From OCS116 cluster bacterium AG-390-I16 (GTDB lineage Bacteria > Pseudomonadota > Alphaproteobacteria > MED-G09): a stretch of 64,000 bases of DNA. The notes below the pieces were generated by a model. It searched no databases, was not told where the DNA came from, and saw only the letters and a list, made by a program, of their open reading frames with translations. The stretch spans positions 304-64,303 of the forward strand of contig QCGZ01000005.1 of NCBI GenBank assembly GCA_003279705.1, in the 5' to 3' direction. Both the position numbers and the translations under genes were made by a program. Numbering within the stretch: the first letter of the stretch is position 1; the number at the start of each line of letters is the position of its first letter. Positions 51,348 to 60,855 of the stretch are shown here, piece by piece.

Positions 51348-53777
51348 CTAATGAGTAGTTTGATTAGAACTTATTGGCTGATCAATATTACCTTTTTTTT
51401 GCTCAGCAAGCCATGCTTTCTCATCCCACTCAATTGCTGAGGGTTTTTCAGTAAGGGCAAATTCAAGAGCTTCATCGATTGTTGAAATTAACTTGATGTC
51501 CAATTTCTTTTTTATATTTTCAGGGACTTCTGATAATTCTCTTTCATTTTCACTTGGTACTAAAACTGTTTTAATACCACTTCTAGTTGCAGCTAAAAGC
51601 TTTTCCTTTAAACCTCCAATTGGAAGAACTCTTCCTCTTAAAGACATTTCCCCAGTCATTGCAACATCGTTTTTTATAGAGATTTCAGCCATTACAGAGA
51701 TTATAGCTACAACCATTGCAACTCCTGCGGAAGGACCATCTTTAGGTGTAGCGCCCTCCGGCACATGAACGTGTATATCTTTTCTTTGAAAAACAGGTGG
51801 TTCAATTCCATAACTTACAGCTCTTGATCTAACAAATGACGATGCTGCATCAATTGACTCTTTCATGACATCACCAAGCTTACCTGTTGCTTTTATTTTT
51901 CCATTTCCTGGAAGCATAACAGCTTCAACATTTAAAATATCTCCTCCAACTTCTGTATATGCTAAACCAGTAACAACACCTATTAAATCGTCATTTTCAG
52001 TTTTTCCGTATCTGAATTTTTTTACTCCTAAATACTCGGAAATATTTTCAGAAGTTACATTCACCGAATCACTTTTGTTAATTTCGATGTCTTTAACAGC
52101 TTTTCGAGCAAGAGTATTAATTTCCCTTTCAAGACCTCTAACGCCAGCTTCCCTACTATAATACCTTATAACAGATTGTATTGCGTCATCTGAAATACTC
52201 CATTCACTATCGCTAAGCCCACAGTTCACTTTCGTTTTTTTAACAAGGTGTCTTTTAGCAATCTCTAATTTCTCATCTTCAGTATAACCAGCTATTCTAA
52301 TAATTTCCATTCTGTCAGCCAAAGCTTGAGGAATATTTAATGAATTAGCAGTTGTGACAAACATTACCTGTGAAAGATCATAATCGACCTCTAAATAATG
52401 ATCATTAAAAGCATTATTTTGTTCAGGATCTAAAACTTCTAGTAGAGCTGCAGCAGGATCACCTCTAAAATCCGAACCAAGCTTGTCAATCTCATCGAGA
52501 AGAATTAAAGGATTTGTAGTTTTAATCTTTTTTAACGATTGAATTATTCTTCCAGGCATTGAACCGATATATGTTCTTCTGTGCCCCCTAATTTCAGATT
52601 CATCTCTAACACCACCTAGAGACATTCTAATAAACTCCCTACCAGTAGCTTCAGCGATAGATTTACCAAGAGATGTTTTACCAACTCCAGGAGGTCCAAC
52701 TAAACATAAAATGGGACCTTTTATTTTTTTTGATCTATTCTGAACAGCTAAATACTCTGTAATTCTGTCTTTAACTTTATCTAAGCCAAAATGATCCTTA
52801 TCTAATATTTTCTGAGCAGCCGAAAGGTCTTTTTTTACTTTCTTCTTTTTTCCCCAAGGAATATCTAAAATCCAATCTAGGTAATTCCTAACAACTGTTG
52901 CTTCCGCTGACATAGGGCTCATTTGCTTAAGCTTTTTAAGCTCATTTTTGGTTTTTTCTAATGCTTCTTTAGAGAGTTTTGTTTTTGATATTTTTTCTTC
53001 AATTTCTTTAATATCATCAATACCCTCATCATCATCATCTAATTCTTTTTGAATAGCTTTCATTTGTTCGTTCAAATAGTACTCTTTTTGAGTTTTCTCC
53101 ATTTGATTTTTAACTCTTCTTTTGATCTTTTTTTCAACCTGAAGAACCGAAAGCTCATCCTCTAAATAATTTAAAATATTATTAAGTCTCTCTTGGACAT
53201 CAATAATTTCAAGAATTTTTTGTTTTTGACCAACATTACCTGACATTTGACTTGCAATTGTATCTGCGACTTTTGAAGGGCTATCTAAATCATTAAGATT
53301 GGTAGTATTTTCTGATGTAACTTTATTATTAGTTTTAACAAAATCTTCAAAACGAGATGCTACTTGTCTAGACAGAGCTTTATCTTCACTTTTGATTTCT
53401 TTGTTTTCAGAAATAACTTCAATTTTAGCCTCGAGGTAATCCCTAGACTCATTAAATTCTTCTACTTTGGCTCTCTTTAAACCTTCAACTAAAACTTTTA
53501 CTGTTCCATCTGGTAATTTTAATAATTGAAGAACTTTTCCAATAGTACCAATCTCATAAAGGTCTTTTTTTTCTGGGTCATTAATATCTGCATCTTTTTG
53601 TGCAAGAAAAAGTAGTTCTTGACCTTTATCCATAACTGATTCTAAAGCTGAGATTGATTTATCTCTGCCTACAAACAAAGGAACAACCATGTGAGGAAAA
53701 ACAACGATATTTCTCAAAGGTAGTACAGGTGTATTTTTAAACAATTTAAGTTCTTGAACTTTTTTTTCATCAGTCAT
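51348..53777 (-). CDS. lon: ATP-dependent Lon protease
   Basis: 809 aa. Walker A GPPGVGKTS and catalytic Ser context PKDGPSAGV. Confidence 0.96.
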   Translation of the reverse strand: MTDEKKVQELKLFKNTPVLPLRNIVVFPHMVVPLFVGRDKSISALESVMDKGQELLFLAQKDADINDPEKKDLYEIGTIGKVLQLLKLPDGTVKVLVEGLKRAKVEEFNESRDYLEAKIEVISENKEIKSEDKALSRQVASRFEDFVKTNNKVTSENTTNLNDLDSPSKVADTIASQMSGNVGQKQKILEIIDVQERLNNILNYLEDELSVLQVEKKIKRRVKNQMEKTQKEYYLNEQMKAIQKELDDDDEGIDDIKEIEEKISKTKLSKEALEKTKNELKKLKQMSPMSAEATVVRNYLDWILDIPWGKKKKVKKDLSAAQKILDKDHFGLDKVKDRITEYLAVQNRSKKIKGPILCLVGPPGVGKTSLGKSIAEATGREFIRMSLGGVRDESEIRGHRRTYIGSMPGRIIQSLKKIKTTNPLILLDEIDKLGSDFRGDPAAALLEVLDPEQNNAFNDHYLEVDYDLSQVMFVTTANSLNIPQALADRMEIIRIAGYTEDEKLEIAKRHLVKKTKVNCGLSDSEWSISDDAIQSVIRYYSREAGVRGLEREINTLARKAVKDIEINKSDSVNVTSENISEYLGVKKFRYGKTENDDLIGVVTGLAYTEVGGDILNVEAVMLPGNGKIKATGKLGDVMKESIDAASSFVRSRAVSYGIEPPVFQRKDIHVHVPEGATPKDGPSAGVAMVVAIISVMAEISIKNDVAMTGEMSLRGRVLPIGGLKEKLLAATRSGIKTVLVPSENERELSEVPENIKKKLDIKLISTIDEALEFALTEKPSAIEWDEKAWLAEQKKGNIDQPISSNQTTH

Positions 53778-53834
53778 TTCATATCCGTAAATTAATAGTT
53801 ATTTTTCTAAATAAATTAGAGGTTGTTATGATTA

Positions 53835-53867
53835 TAATATGGACTTTAAAAAATAAGTATCAAGGGG
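53835..53867 (-). promoter_or_regulatory. candidate sigma-32 (heat-shock) promoter upstream of lon
   Basis: The minus strand reads CCCTTGAT-N14-(GT)CCATATT, against the E. coli-type consensus CCCTTGAA-N13-17-CCCCATNTA. The -10 element lies about 60 nt upstream of the lon ATG. Confidence 0.35.
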
Positions 53868-53882
53868 TAAAAGAGAATAAAA

Positions 53883-55157
53883 TTAATTAACAATCTTTTT
53901 TTCATTCTTTTTTCCTTTTTCACCATAAATATAAAGTGGAGCAGATTTACCTTCAACGACATCTCCAGAAATTACAACCTCGGTAACATCTGGTGTGCCA
54001 GGTATTTCAAACATGGTATCCAAAAGAATATTTTCAATTACAGATCTAAGACCTCTTGCGCCAGTAGAATAAGACATAGTTTTCTTTGCAATAGCAAGTA
54101 AGGCATCATCTGAAAATTTTAGTTCAACATTTTCTAAGTTAAATAATTTTTTATATTGTTTAACAACTGCATTTTTTGGTTCAGTAAGAATCCGAATAAG
54201 AGAATTTTCATCTAAATCCTCCAATGAAGCACAGACAGGAAGTCTTCCAATAAATTCAGGAATTAATCCAAATCTAAGAAGGTCTTTTGGTTGTAAATCT
54301 TTTAGTATTTCACCAGTTCTTCTTTCATCTTTTTCTTTAACCTCAGCTCCAAAACCAACTGATCTATTAGTTCCTCTTTCTGAAATTATTTTTTGAATAC
54401 CATCAAATGCTCCACCGCAAATAAATAATATATTCGTTGTATCAACCTGAAGAAACTCTTGCTGTGGATGCTTTCTTCCACCTTGTGGTGGAACTGAAGC
54501 AACTGTGCCTTCCATAATTTTTAATAAAGCTTGCTGAACGCCTTCACCAGATACATCTCTTGTAATAGAAGGATTATCAGATTTTCTTGTAATTTTATCA
54601 ACCTCGTCAATATAAACTATGCCCCTTTGAGCTTTTTCAACGTTATAGTCTGCAGCCTGTAATAATTTTAAGATAATATTTTCAACATCTTCCCCTACAT
54701 AGCCTGCTTCAGTTAAAGTAGTTGCATCAGCCATTGTAAAAGGAACATCTATTATTCTTGCAAGTGTTTGTGCTAATAAGGTTTTTCCACAACCTGTGGG
54801 ACCAAGTAACAAAATATTTGATTTAGCTAACTCAACATCATCCTTATTAGTGTCGCAATCAAGTCTCTTGTAATGGTTATGAACAGCGACAGAAAGAACC
54901 TTTTTTGCTCTTTGCTGACCAATTACATAATCATCTAAAACACTATATATCTCTTCTGGTGAAGGTACTAAGTCTACGGCTTTATCTTCAAAATTTTTAG
55001 CCTCTTCTTTAATTATGTCCATACATAATTCTACACACTCATCACAAATAAATACCGTAGGCCCAGCAATAAGCTTTTTAACTTCGTGCTGGCTTTTACC
55101 GCAAAAACTGCAATAAAGTGTATTTTTTGAATCACCACTGTCGCTAATTTTACTCAT
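53883..55157 (-). CDS. clpX: ATP-dependent Clp protease ATP-binding subunit ClpX
   Basis: 424 aa. Zinc-finger [15 protein letters not shown] and Walker [12 protein letters not shown]. Confidence 0.96.
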   Translation of the reverse strand: MSKISDSGDSKNTLYCSFCGKSQHEVKKLIAGPTVFICDECVELCMDIIKEEAKNFEDKAVDLVPSPEEIYSVLDDYVIGQQRAKKVLSVAVHNHYKRLDCDTNKDDVELAKSNILLLGPTGCGKTLLAQTLARIIDVPFTMADATTLTEAGYVGEDVENIILKLLQAADYNVEKAQRGIVYIDEVDKITRKSDNPSITRDVSGEGVQQALLKIMEGTVASVPPQGGRKHPQQEFLQVDTTNILFICGGAFDGIQKIISERGTNRSVGFGAEVKEKDERRTGEILKDLQPKDLLRFGLIPEFIGRLPVCASLEDLDENSLIRILTEPKNAVVKQYKKLFNLENVELKFSDDALLAIAKKTMSYSTGARGLRSVIENILLDTMFEIPGTPDVTEVVISGDVVEGKSAPLYIYGEKGKKNEKKIVN

Positions 55158-55193
55158 ATCTTATTTTACCTTAATTATTTTACTACACCAAAA

Positions 55194-55817
55194 TTAATCT
55201 TCTGATTTTAATTCTCTATTTTCAACAACTTTATCTATTAAACCAAATTTCATAGCATCATCTGATGTCATAAATGTGTCTCTATCAAGAGCTTTTTCAA
55301 TAGTTTTTAGGTTTTGACCAGTATGTTTTACATAAATATCATTCAACCTAGACCTAAGTGATAAGATTTCTTGTGCATGTCTCTCAATATCAGATGCTTG
55401 TCCCTGAAAACCACCTGAAGGTTGATGAACCATTATTCTGGCATTAGGAAGAGAAAATCTTTTTCCAGGAGCACCTGCTGATAGCAGAAGGCTGCCCATT
55501 GATGCAGCTTGACCAATGCATAAAGTGGAGACCTCAGGTTTAATATATTGCATTGTATCATATATTGCTAAACCTGATGAAACTACACCTCCAGGGGAAT
55601 TTATGTACATTGAGACTTCTTTTTTTGGATTCTCTGCCTCAAGAAAAAGTAATTGAGCTATAATTACACTGGCCATGTAGTCCTCAACAGGTCCAGTAAC
55701 AAAAATTATTCTTTCCTTCAAAAGTCGAGAATATATATCATAAGCTCTTTCACCTCTATTGGACTGCTCAACAACCATAGGAATAAGATTTCCTACAGGT
55801 ACATTATTTTTATCCAT
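55194..55817 (-). CDS. clpP: ATP-dependent Clp protease proteolytic subunit
   Basis: 207 aa. Motifs [11 protein letters not shown] (Ser) and MVHQPSGG (His). Confidence 0.96.
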   Translation of the reverse strand: MDKNNVPVGNLIPMVVEQSNRGERAYDIYSRLLKERIIFVTGPVEDYMASVIIAQLLFLEAENPKKEVSMYINSPGGVVSSGLAIYDTMQYIKPEVSTLCIGQAASMGSLLLSAGAPGKRFSLPNARIMVHQPSGGFQGQASDIERHAQEILSLRSRLNDIYVKHTGQNLKTIEKALDRDTFMTSDDAMKFGLIDKVVENRELKSED

Positions 55818-55842
55818 AATAATTTCCTCAATAACAAATATA

Positions 55843-55872
55843 TATATGGGATAATTCTTTTAATATGCAAAG
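55843..55872 (-). promoter_or_regulatory. candidate sigma-32 promoter upstream of clpP
   Basis: The minus strand reads CTTTGCA-N14-TCCCATATA. The -10 element matches CCCCATNTA at 8 of 9 positions; the -35 element is weaker. Confidence 0.3.
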
Positions 55873-55925
55873 ATAAAACTGAAAAAATATATATTTATAA
55901 AAAAAAATATAATTAAAACAATAGG

Positions 55926-57365
55926 TTATTTATCTTTTTTAGCTGAAACTTTTTTTGCTTTAGATTTAGGTTTAGATTTTTTATCAGAGGTTGCTTTAGA
56001 TTTAGTTTTTTTCTTAGATTTTGATTCCTCTTTCATACCTGAATCAAATAAATCCTCTCTAGATACTTTTACGTCCTTTAAATCTACTTTTTCTAAAATA
56101 AAATCAATAACTTTATCCTCAAAAACAGGAGCCGTAAGCTGTCTTATTGCGTCTTGATTTTTTTGATAATAATCTAAAATTTCTTTCTCTTGACCCGGAT
56201 ATTTCTGCATTTCCGTTTGCAGGGCTTTATTAATATCATTGTCTTCTAATTGAATATTATTTTGGTTACCAATTTCTGCAATTAAAAGCCCAGTGCATAC
56301 CCTTTTCTCTGAAATTTCTGTATAATTTTTTCTAATCTCTTTTTCACTTAATTCTAAATCATTTAATTCTTTTTTTTGTTGATCTAGCTGTTGTTGAAGT
56401 TGGTTCCACATTTGATCAAATTCTTGATTTACCATACTTTCTGGAAGTTCAAATTTATGCTTCTTTTCTAGCGCATCTAGAAGGCTGTCTTTAAGCTTCA
56501 TGCGAGCTGCAGAGTCAAAATCTTGCTGAATTCTCTCCTCAAGATTTTTTTTAAGATCTTCCAAATTCTCCATACCTAAACTTTTCGCAAGATCATCATT
56601 AACTTTTGACTCTTCGGCTTTAGATACTTTTTTTATCTCAACGTCAAATGTTGCTTCTTTACCTGCTAAATCAGAGCTTTGATAATTATCAGGGAATTTA
56701 ACCTTAACAAGTTTCTTATCACCTTTTTTTAAACCAATTAATTGATCCTCAAAATTATCTATAAAAGATTTAGACCCTAAAACTAAATTGGCATCATTTG
56801 CGGTTCCACCATCAAAAGTAATATCATCGATTTTTCCAACATAATCTAATGTTACCTGATCTCCATCTTTTGATTTTGTTTTTTCAGAAGCTTCTTTAAA
56901 TGATTTATTTTGTTTAGCTAGATAATCTAGTGCATCTTTTATATCTTTTTCTTTAGGTTTAGAAACAGGTTTATCCAATTTTATTTTGGAAAAGTCAGTA
57001 ATTTCAATCTCTGGAAGTACTTCACAATTCATTGTAAAAACAAGGTCTTTATTTTTTTCAATTACATCATTCATATCTGAATCAAGCTTTACATCAGGTT
57101 TTACAGCAGCCTTAAGGTCTCTATCCTTTAAAACACTTTGCGATGCTTCAGTGACCTTCTCCTCAATTACCTCAACCATAACACTTTGCCCGTAAAGTTT
57201 TTCAATATGAGCAGTGGGAACTTTTCCAGGTCTAAACCCATCAATTTTTGCTTTTGAAGCAATATCTTGGAGTTTTTTTATCTTTTTTTCCTTAAGATCA
57301 TCAACTCCAATAGTAATTAAAAACTCTCTTTTTAGACCTTTTGATTTTAATTCTTTAACTTCCAT
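55926..57365 (-). CDS. tig: trigger factor with a lysine-rich C-terminal tail
   Basis: 479 aa. N-terminal ribosome-binding region GFRPGKVP, a central FKBP-like region, then the tail KSKKKTKSKATSDKKSKPKSKAKKVSAKKDK. Confidence 0.92.
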   Translation of the reverse strand: MEVKELKSKGLKREFLITIGVDDLKEKKIKKLQDIASKAKIDGFRPGKVPTAHIEKLYGQSVMVEVIEEKVTEASQSVLKDRDLKAAVKPDVKLDSDMNDVIEKNKDLVFTMNCEVLPEIEITDFSKIKLDKPVSKPKEKDIKDALDYLAKQNKSFKEASEKTKSKDGDQVTLDYVGKIDDITFDGGTANDANLVLGSKSFIDNFEDQLIGLKKGDKKLVKVKFPDNYQSSDLAGKEATFDVEIKKVSKAEESKVNDDLAKSLGMENLEDLKKNLEERIQQDFDSAARMKLKDSLLDALEKKHKFELPESMVNQEFDQMWNQLQQQLDQQKKELNDLELSEKEIRKNYTEISEKRVCTGLLIAEIGNQNNIQLEDNDINKALQTEMQKYPGQEKEILDYYQKNQDAIRQLTAPVFEDKVIDFILEKVDLKDVKVSREDLFDSGMKEESKSKKKTKSKATSDKKSKPKSKAKKVSAKKDK

Positions 57366-57382
57366 TTTAATCTCTCATATTT

Positions 57383-57467
57383 TGGTGCGGGCGGAGGGAG
57401 TTGAACCCCCACGCCTTGCGGCACAGGTACCTAAAACCTGCGTGTCTACCAATTCCACCACGCCCGC
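57383..57467 (-). tRNA. tRNA-Leu (anticodon TAG)
   Basis: The minus strand reads GCGGGCGTGGTGGAATTGGTAGACACGCAGGTTTTAGGTACCTGTGCCGCAAGGCGTGGGGGTTCAACTCCCTCCGCCCGCACCA. Long variable arm, anticodon loop TTTAGGT, CCA encoded. Sits 17 nt upstream of tig. Confidence 0.92.
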
Positions 57468-57525
57468 ATAATTAATAATGATTTCTTATCAGCACATTAA
57501 AAGAATATCCAGAGTAATTATTATT

Positions 57526-58029
57526 TTATTCAAAGAAATACTCAAAAATCCCAACATTCCAAAATTTTCCAAATTTTTTTCCAACATTATTTAATACGCC
57601 AATTTTTTTAAAGCCTAAAAGCAAATGAAGTTTTTCAGATGCATTATTAGGCTCAGTTATAAATGCATAAGCTCTATTTAAATGGCATCTATCTATTTTG
57701 TTAAAAAGATCTTCCATCATTAGCTTTCCATAGCCTTTGCCAATATAGTTCTCACTAATATATACACTTGTTTCAATTGAAGATTTATAAGCCTCCTTTT
57801 CTCTAAAAGGCCTTGAGCTTGCAAAACCAATAAGAATATCATTGTCGTAAGCTACAATGCATTGATACGGACTATCTTTTTTAAAAATTTTAGACCATTC
57901 TTTTTTTTCTGATAATGTTTTTTCTTTAATATCAAAAGTAAAAGCTGTTTCCCTTATGTAATAATTATAAAGTAAATTAACATCTTCTATATCCGTATTA
58001 CTTATATTTCTAATAAAAATATTTTCCAT
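57526..58029 (-). CDS. GNAT N-acetyltransferase, phosphinothricin/methionine-sulfoximine acetyltransferase-like
   Basis: 167 aa. PAT-family-like layout (IRNISNTDIEDVNLLYNYYI..TAFTF, IGKGYGKLMM, ASEKLHLLLGFKKIG). Confidence 0.75.
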   Translation of the reverse strand: MENIFIRNISNTDIEDVNLLYNYYIRETAFTFDIKEKTLSEKKEWSKIFKKDSPYQCIVAYDNDILIGFASSRPFREKEAYKSSIETSVYISENYIGKGYGKLMMEDLFNKIDRCHLNRAYAFITEPNNASEKLHLLLGFKKIGVLNNVGKKFGKFWNVGIFEYFFE

Positions 58030-58056
58030 TTTATAAACTCTTTGAAAAAATTGCTT

Positions 58057-58635
58057 TTAATTAATTAAAGTCGAGGCCTCATCTCCCAATGAAATAATTT
58101 TTAATTTTTTATCAGATAAAGAAAGGTGGGTTAAAGACGTATTATCGGGATTAAAAAAAACAACTTTATCACTTTTCTTCAAATGGCTAACTACCGAGTT
58201 AATAACTAAATAATGAGTGAAAATAAATGTATCTTTATTTAGTGATAAAAAAAACTTTAAAATATTCTCTCTCCATAAAAAATAATCAATTTTTGAGTCC
58301 CTAGATTCTTTATCAGATATAAGCTCATTCCATTTAAGGGGTAAAACCCTTTTAAGCCACACAACCCTTTTTTTTAAATTTTTTATTGGAGACGGTATCT
58401 CAACCACTCTATTTTCAATTTTAATTTTCTTGTTATTAATTTTAGAGAATGGTTCGGCTGTTTCTATACACCTATTTAAAGGACTAGAGAAAACATCAAA
58501 AGGTTCTTTTGCAATTTGTGATAATTTTAAAGCAATTTTATCAGATTGTTTTTTTCCTGTTAAATCAAGATTAGGGTCGGTTGTATCCCAACCTGATGAA
58601 GCCTTTCCATGACGAATTAAATAAATATTTATCAT
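58057..58635 (-). CDS. histidine phosphatase (phosphoglycerate-mutase-like) family protein
   Basis: 192 aa. N-terminal IYLIRHGKAS (RHG motif) and a later FTHYLVIN histidine. TAATG overlap with the upstream thiolase-like gene. Confidence 0.72.
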   Translation of the reverse strand: MINIYLIRHGKASSGWDTTDPNLDLTGKKQSDKIALKLSQIAKEPFDVFSSPLNRCIETAEPFSKINNKKIKIENRVVEIPSPIKNLKKRVVWLKRVLPLKWNELISDKESRDSKIDYFLWRENILKFFLSLNKDTFIFTHYLVINSVVSHLKKSDKVVFFNPDNTSLTHLSLSDKKLKIISLGDEASTLIN

Positions 58636-60167
58636 TAATTTATGCTTACAATACTGTAACCATCATCAAATTTTTTAACGTTGCAATCTCTGTTTAAGCA
58701 TTCTTCATTCATTAATTTATCAAGATCACTATCATTTTTCGTTATTGCAATAAATCTATTATTATTTTTATTAAGCCTGCCTATTATGATTCCCATTTGA
58801 GGTCCATCTCTTCCATTTGCAACAGTGTAAGTTTCAATTTTCGCATCTCCCAAAGGATTTTCTTCAACTATTGGCTTTGGAAGATTATCTATATTTTTTT
58901 GATAACTATCAGAGTTTTCCCTCTTCCATTCACCCTCAAAAGGTTCACTAGAGTAAAGCCCTATTCCATGCTTAGTAGCAAACCAACCATTTGAAGTACA
59001 AAGCCCTTTAGAACCTTGGTTTTCTCTAAGTTTATCCATAATTGTAGCAATTGAATGAGTAACATAATTATTCCCTGCCCCACCAAAATATGGAAGTCCT
59101 CCTGTAACTGTTAAATTTCTCTTATCATTGAGACCTATTCCTAAAGCCTCCCTTCCAAGTTCAACCATACTAGGAAAGCAAGAATATAGATCTATAAAAT
59201 CAATTTCATCAATATTCCATTTAGACATTGAAAATGCTTTTTCCCCCATAAGTTTTATTGCCTTAGATGAATGCAAATCTGGTCTTTCAGTTACATTCCA
59301 TACCTCATTTATATCAGCACACCCATGTAAATATATTCTTTTTTCTTTTGGAATTTTAAATTGATTAGCTTTTTCCTCACTCATCATTACTAACGAGGCT
59401 GATTGATCAACCTCCATAATTGCATTCATAAATTTTGTATAAGGATATCCAATATATCTATTACTCTCTGTCACATTTGAAATTTCATTAGCAGATCTCT
59501 CAATTGGAAACCATGCGTTAGGATGATTTTTCGCAATCTTAGTAAACGGAGAAAACAATTCACCTAAATAGCTTTGGTGTTTTTCAATTGAATTACCCAT
59601 TCTTCCTCTAATTGCTGTTTCAAACAAAGGATAGACATTTACTGGAAATGCTATTCCATGTTTAATCTCATTATCAGTACCACCTGGTTTTTCATAACCT
59701 AAATCAATCCTGTTTCCAGCTACATCATCTCCCCATCCGGTTTTTTTACCATTCTTTGAGGCTTTTCTCATAGTCGAAAAACACTCAGAACCAGACAATA
59801 AAACTACCTCACTCTCTCCATTGCTTATTCTTTCTGCAAAAATATTTAATAAAAACTGAGGTGTATTACCTCCAGTAGGTCCATAGAAAGTTTTAGCTTC
59901 ATTAATGCCTAATTTATCAGCAAGAGACTTAGGTGGATTCTTATAAATTGAAAAAGGAGGTCTTGCCCCTGCTCCAGAGTCGAAAATAAACCTTACTGTT
60001 ACAACGCTATCAATATAATTTTGTAAATCCTCTATACCGGTATCTTGAATAGCAAGAATTGAAGACTCATGCATCATTTCTATAGGGCTTTTTGCTTCTA
60101 GAAAATTTTCAATTTTTTGAGTAATTTGACCAGAGCCTACTAAAACAGGTGTTTTTGGATTAATCAT
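58635..60167 (-). CDS. thiolase-superfamily protein (about 500-aa acetyl-CoA-acetyltransferase-like type) with a C-terminal extension
   Basis: 510 aa. Thiolase-like layout (PVLVGSGQ.., LVMMSEEKA, DLYSCFP, TVTGGLPYFGGAGNNY). The usual catalytic contexts look diverged; see findings. Confidence 0.65.
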   Translation of the reverse strand: MINPKTPVLVGSGQITQKIENFLEAKSPIEMMHESSILAIQDTGIEDLQNYIDSVVTVRFIFDSGAGARPPFSIYKNPPKSLADKLGINEAKTFYGPTGGNTPQFLLNIFAERISNGESEVVLLSGSECFSTMRKASKNGKKTGWGDDVAGNRIDLGYEKPGGTDNEIKHGIAFPVNVYPLFETAIRGRMGNSIEKHQSYLGELFSPFTKIAKNHPNAWFPIERSANEISNVTESNRYIGYPYTKFMNAIMEVDQSASLVMMSEEKANQFKIPKEKRIYLHGCADINEVWNVTERPDLHSSKAIKLMGEKAFSMSKWNIDEIDFIDLYSCFPSMVELGREALGIGLNDKRNLTVTGGLPYFGGAGNNYVTHSIATIMDKLRENQGSKGLCTSNGWFATKHGIGLYSSEPFEGEWKRENSDSYQKNIDNLPKPIVEENPLGDAKIETYTVANGRDGPQMGIIIGRLNKNNNRFIAITKNDSDLDKLMNEECLNRDCNVKKFDDGYSIVSIN

Positions 60168-60284
60168 TAATTTTACCTCTAAAGTGTTTATATTTTATAT
60201 ATATTACCTTAAGTTAATAGAATACTTTTTTAATTAATTAAATTTTTTATAAATAATAATAAATAATTTTTTAAAATTAATTAA

Positions 60285-60300
60285 TGGCATAAAATTTGCC
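60285..60300 (+). promoter_or_regulatory. candidate sigma-54 (-24/-12) promoter upstream of glnB
   Basis: TGGCAT-AAAAT-TTGCC matches TGGCAC-N5-TTGCW with correct GG/GC spacing. It ends 34 nt upstream of the glnB ATG and is embedded in otherwise almost pure A/T sequence. Confidence 0.4.
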
Positions 60301-60325
60301 TTAAAAGTTATGTAATTTAATTTAG

Positions 60326-60673
<348 letters not shown>

Positions 60674-60855
60674 CATCTATTTTTATGTGTAAATTACTAT
60701 CGTGTAATATGTGTAACTTTTACAAAAAATATAAGCATTATAGGTATTTAAGGGCTAGCATTTTTTTAAATAATAGTTTTAATAGTTAGCTGTTAAAAAT
60801 TTTTAAGTAATTAATCAAATTTAAATTTAATAACAATTGAAGGAGAAGACTCAAA

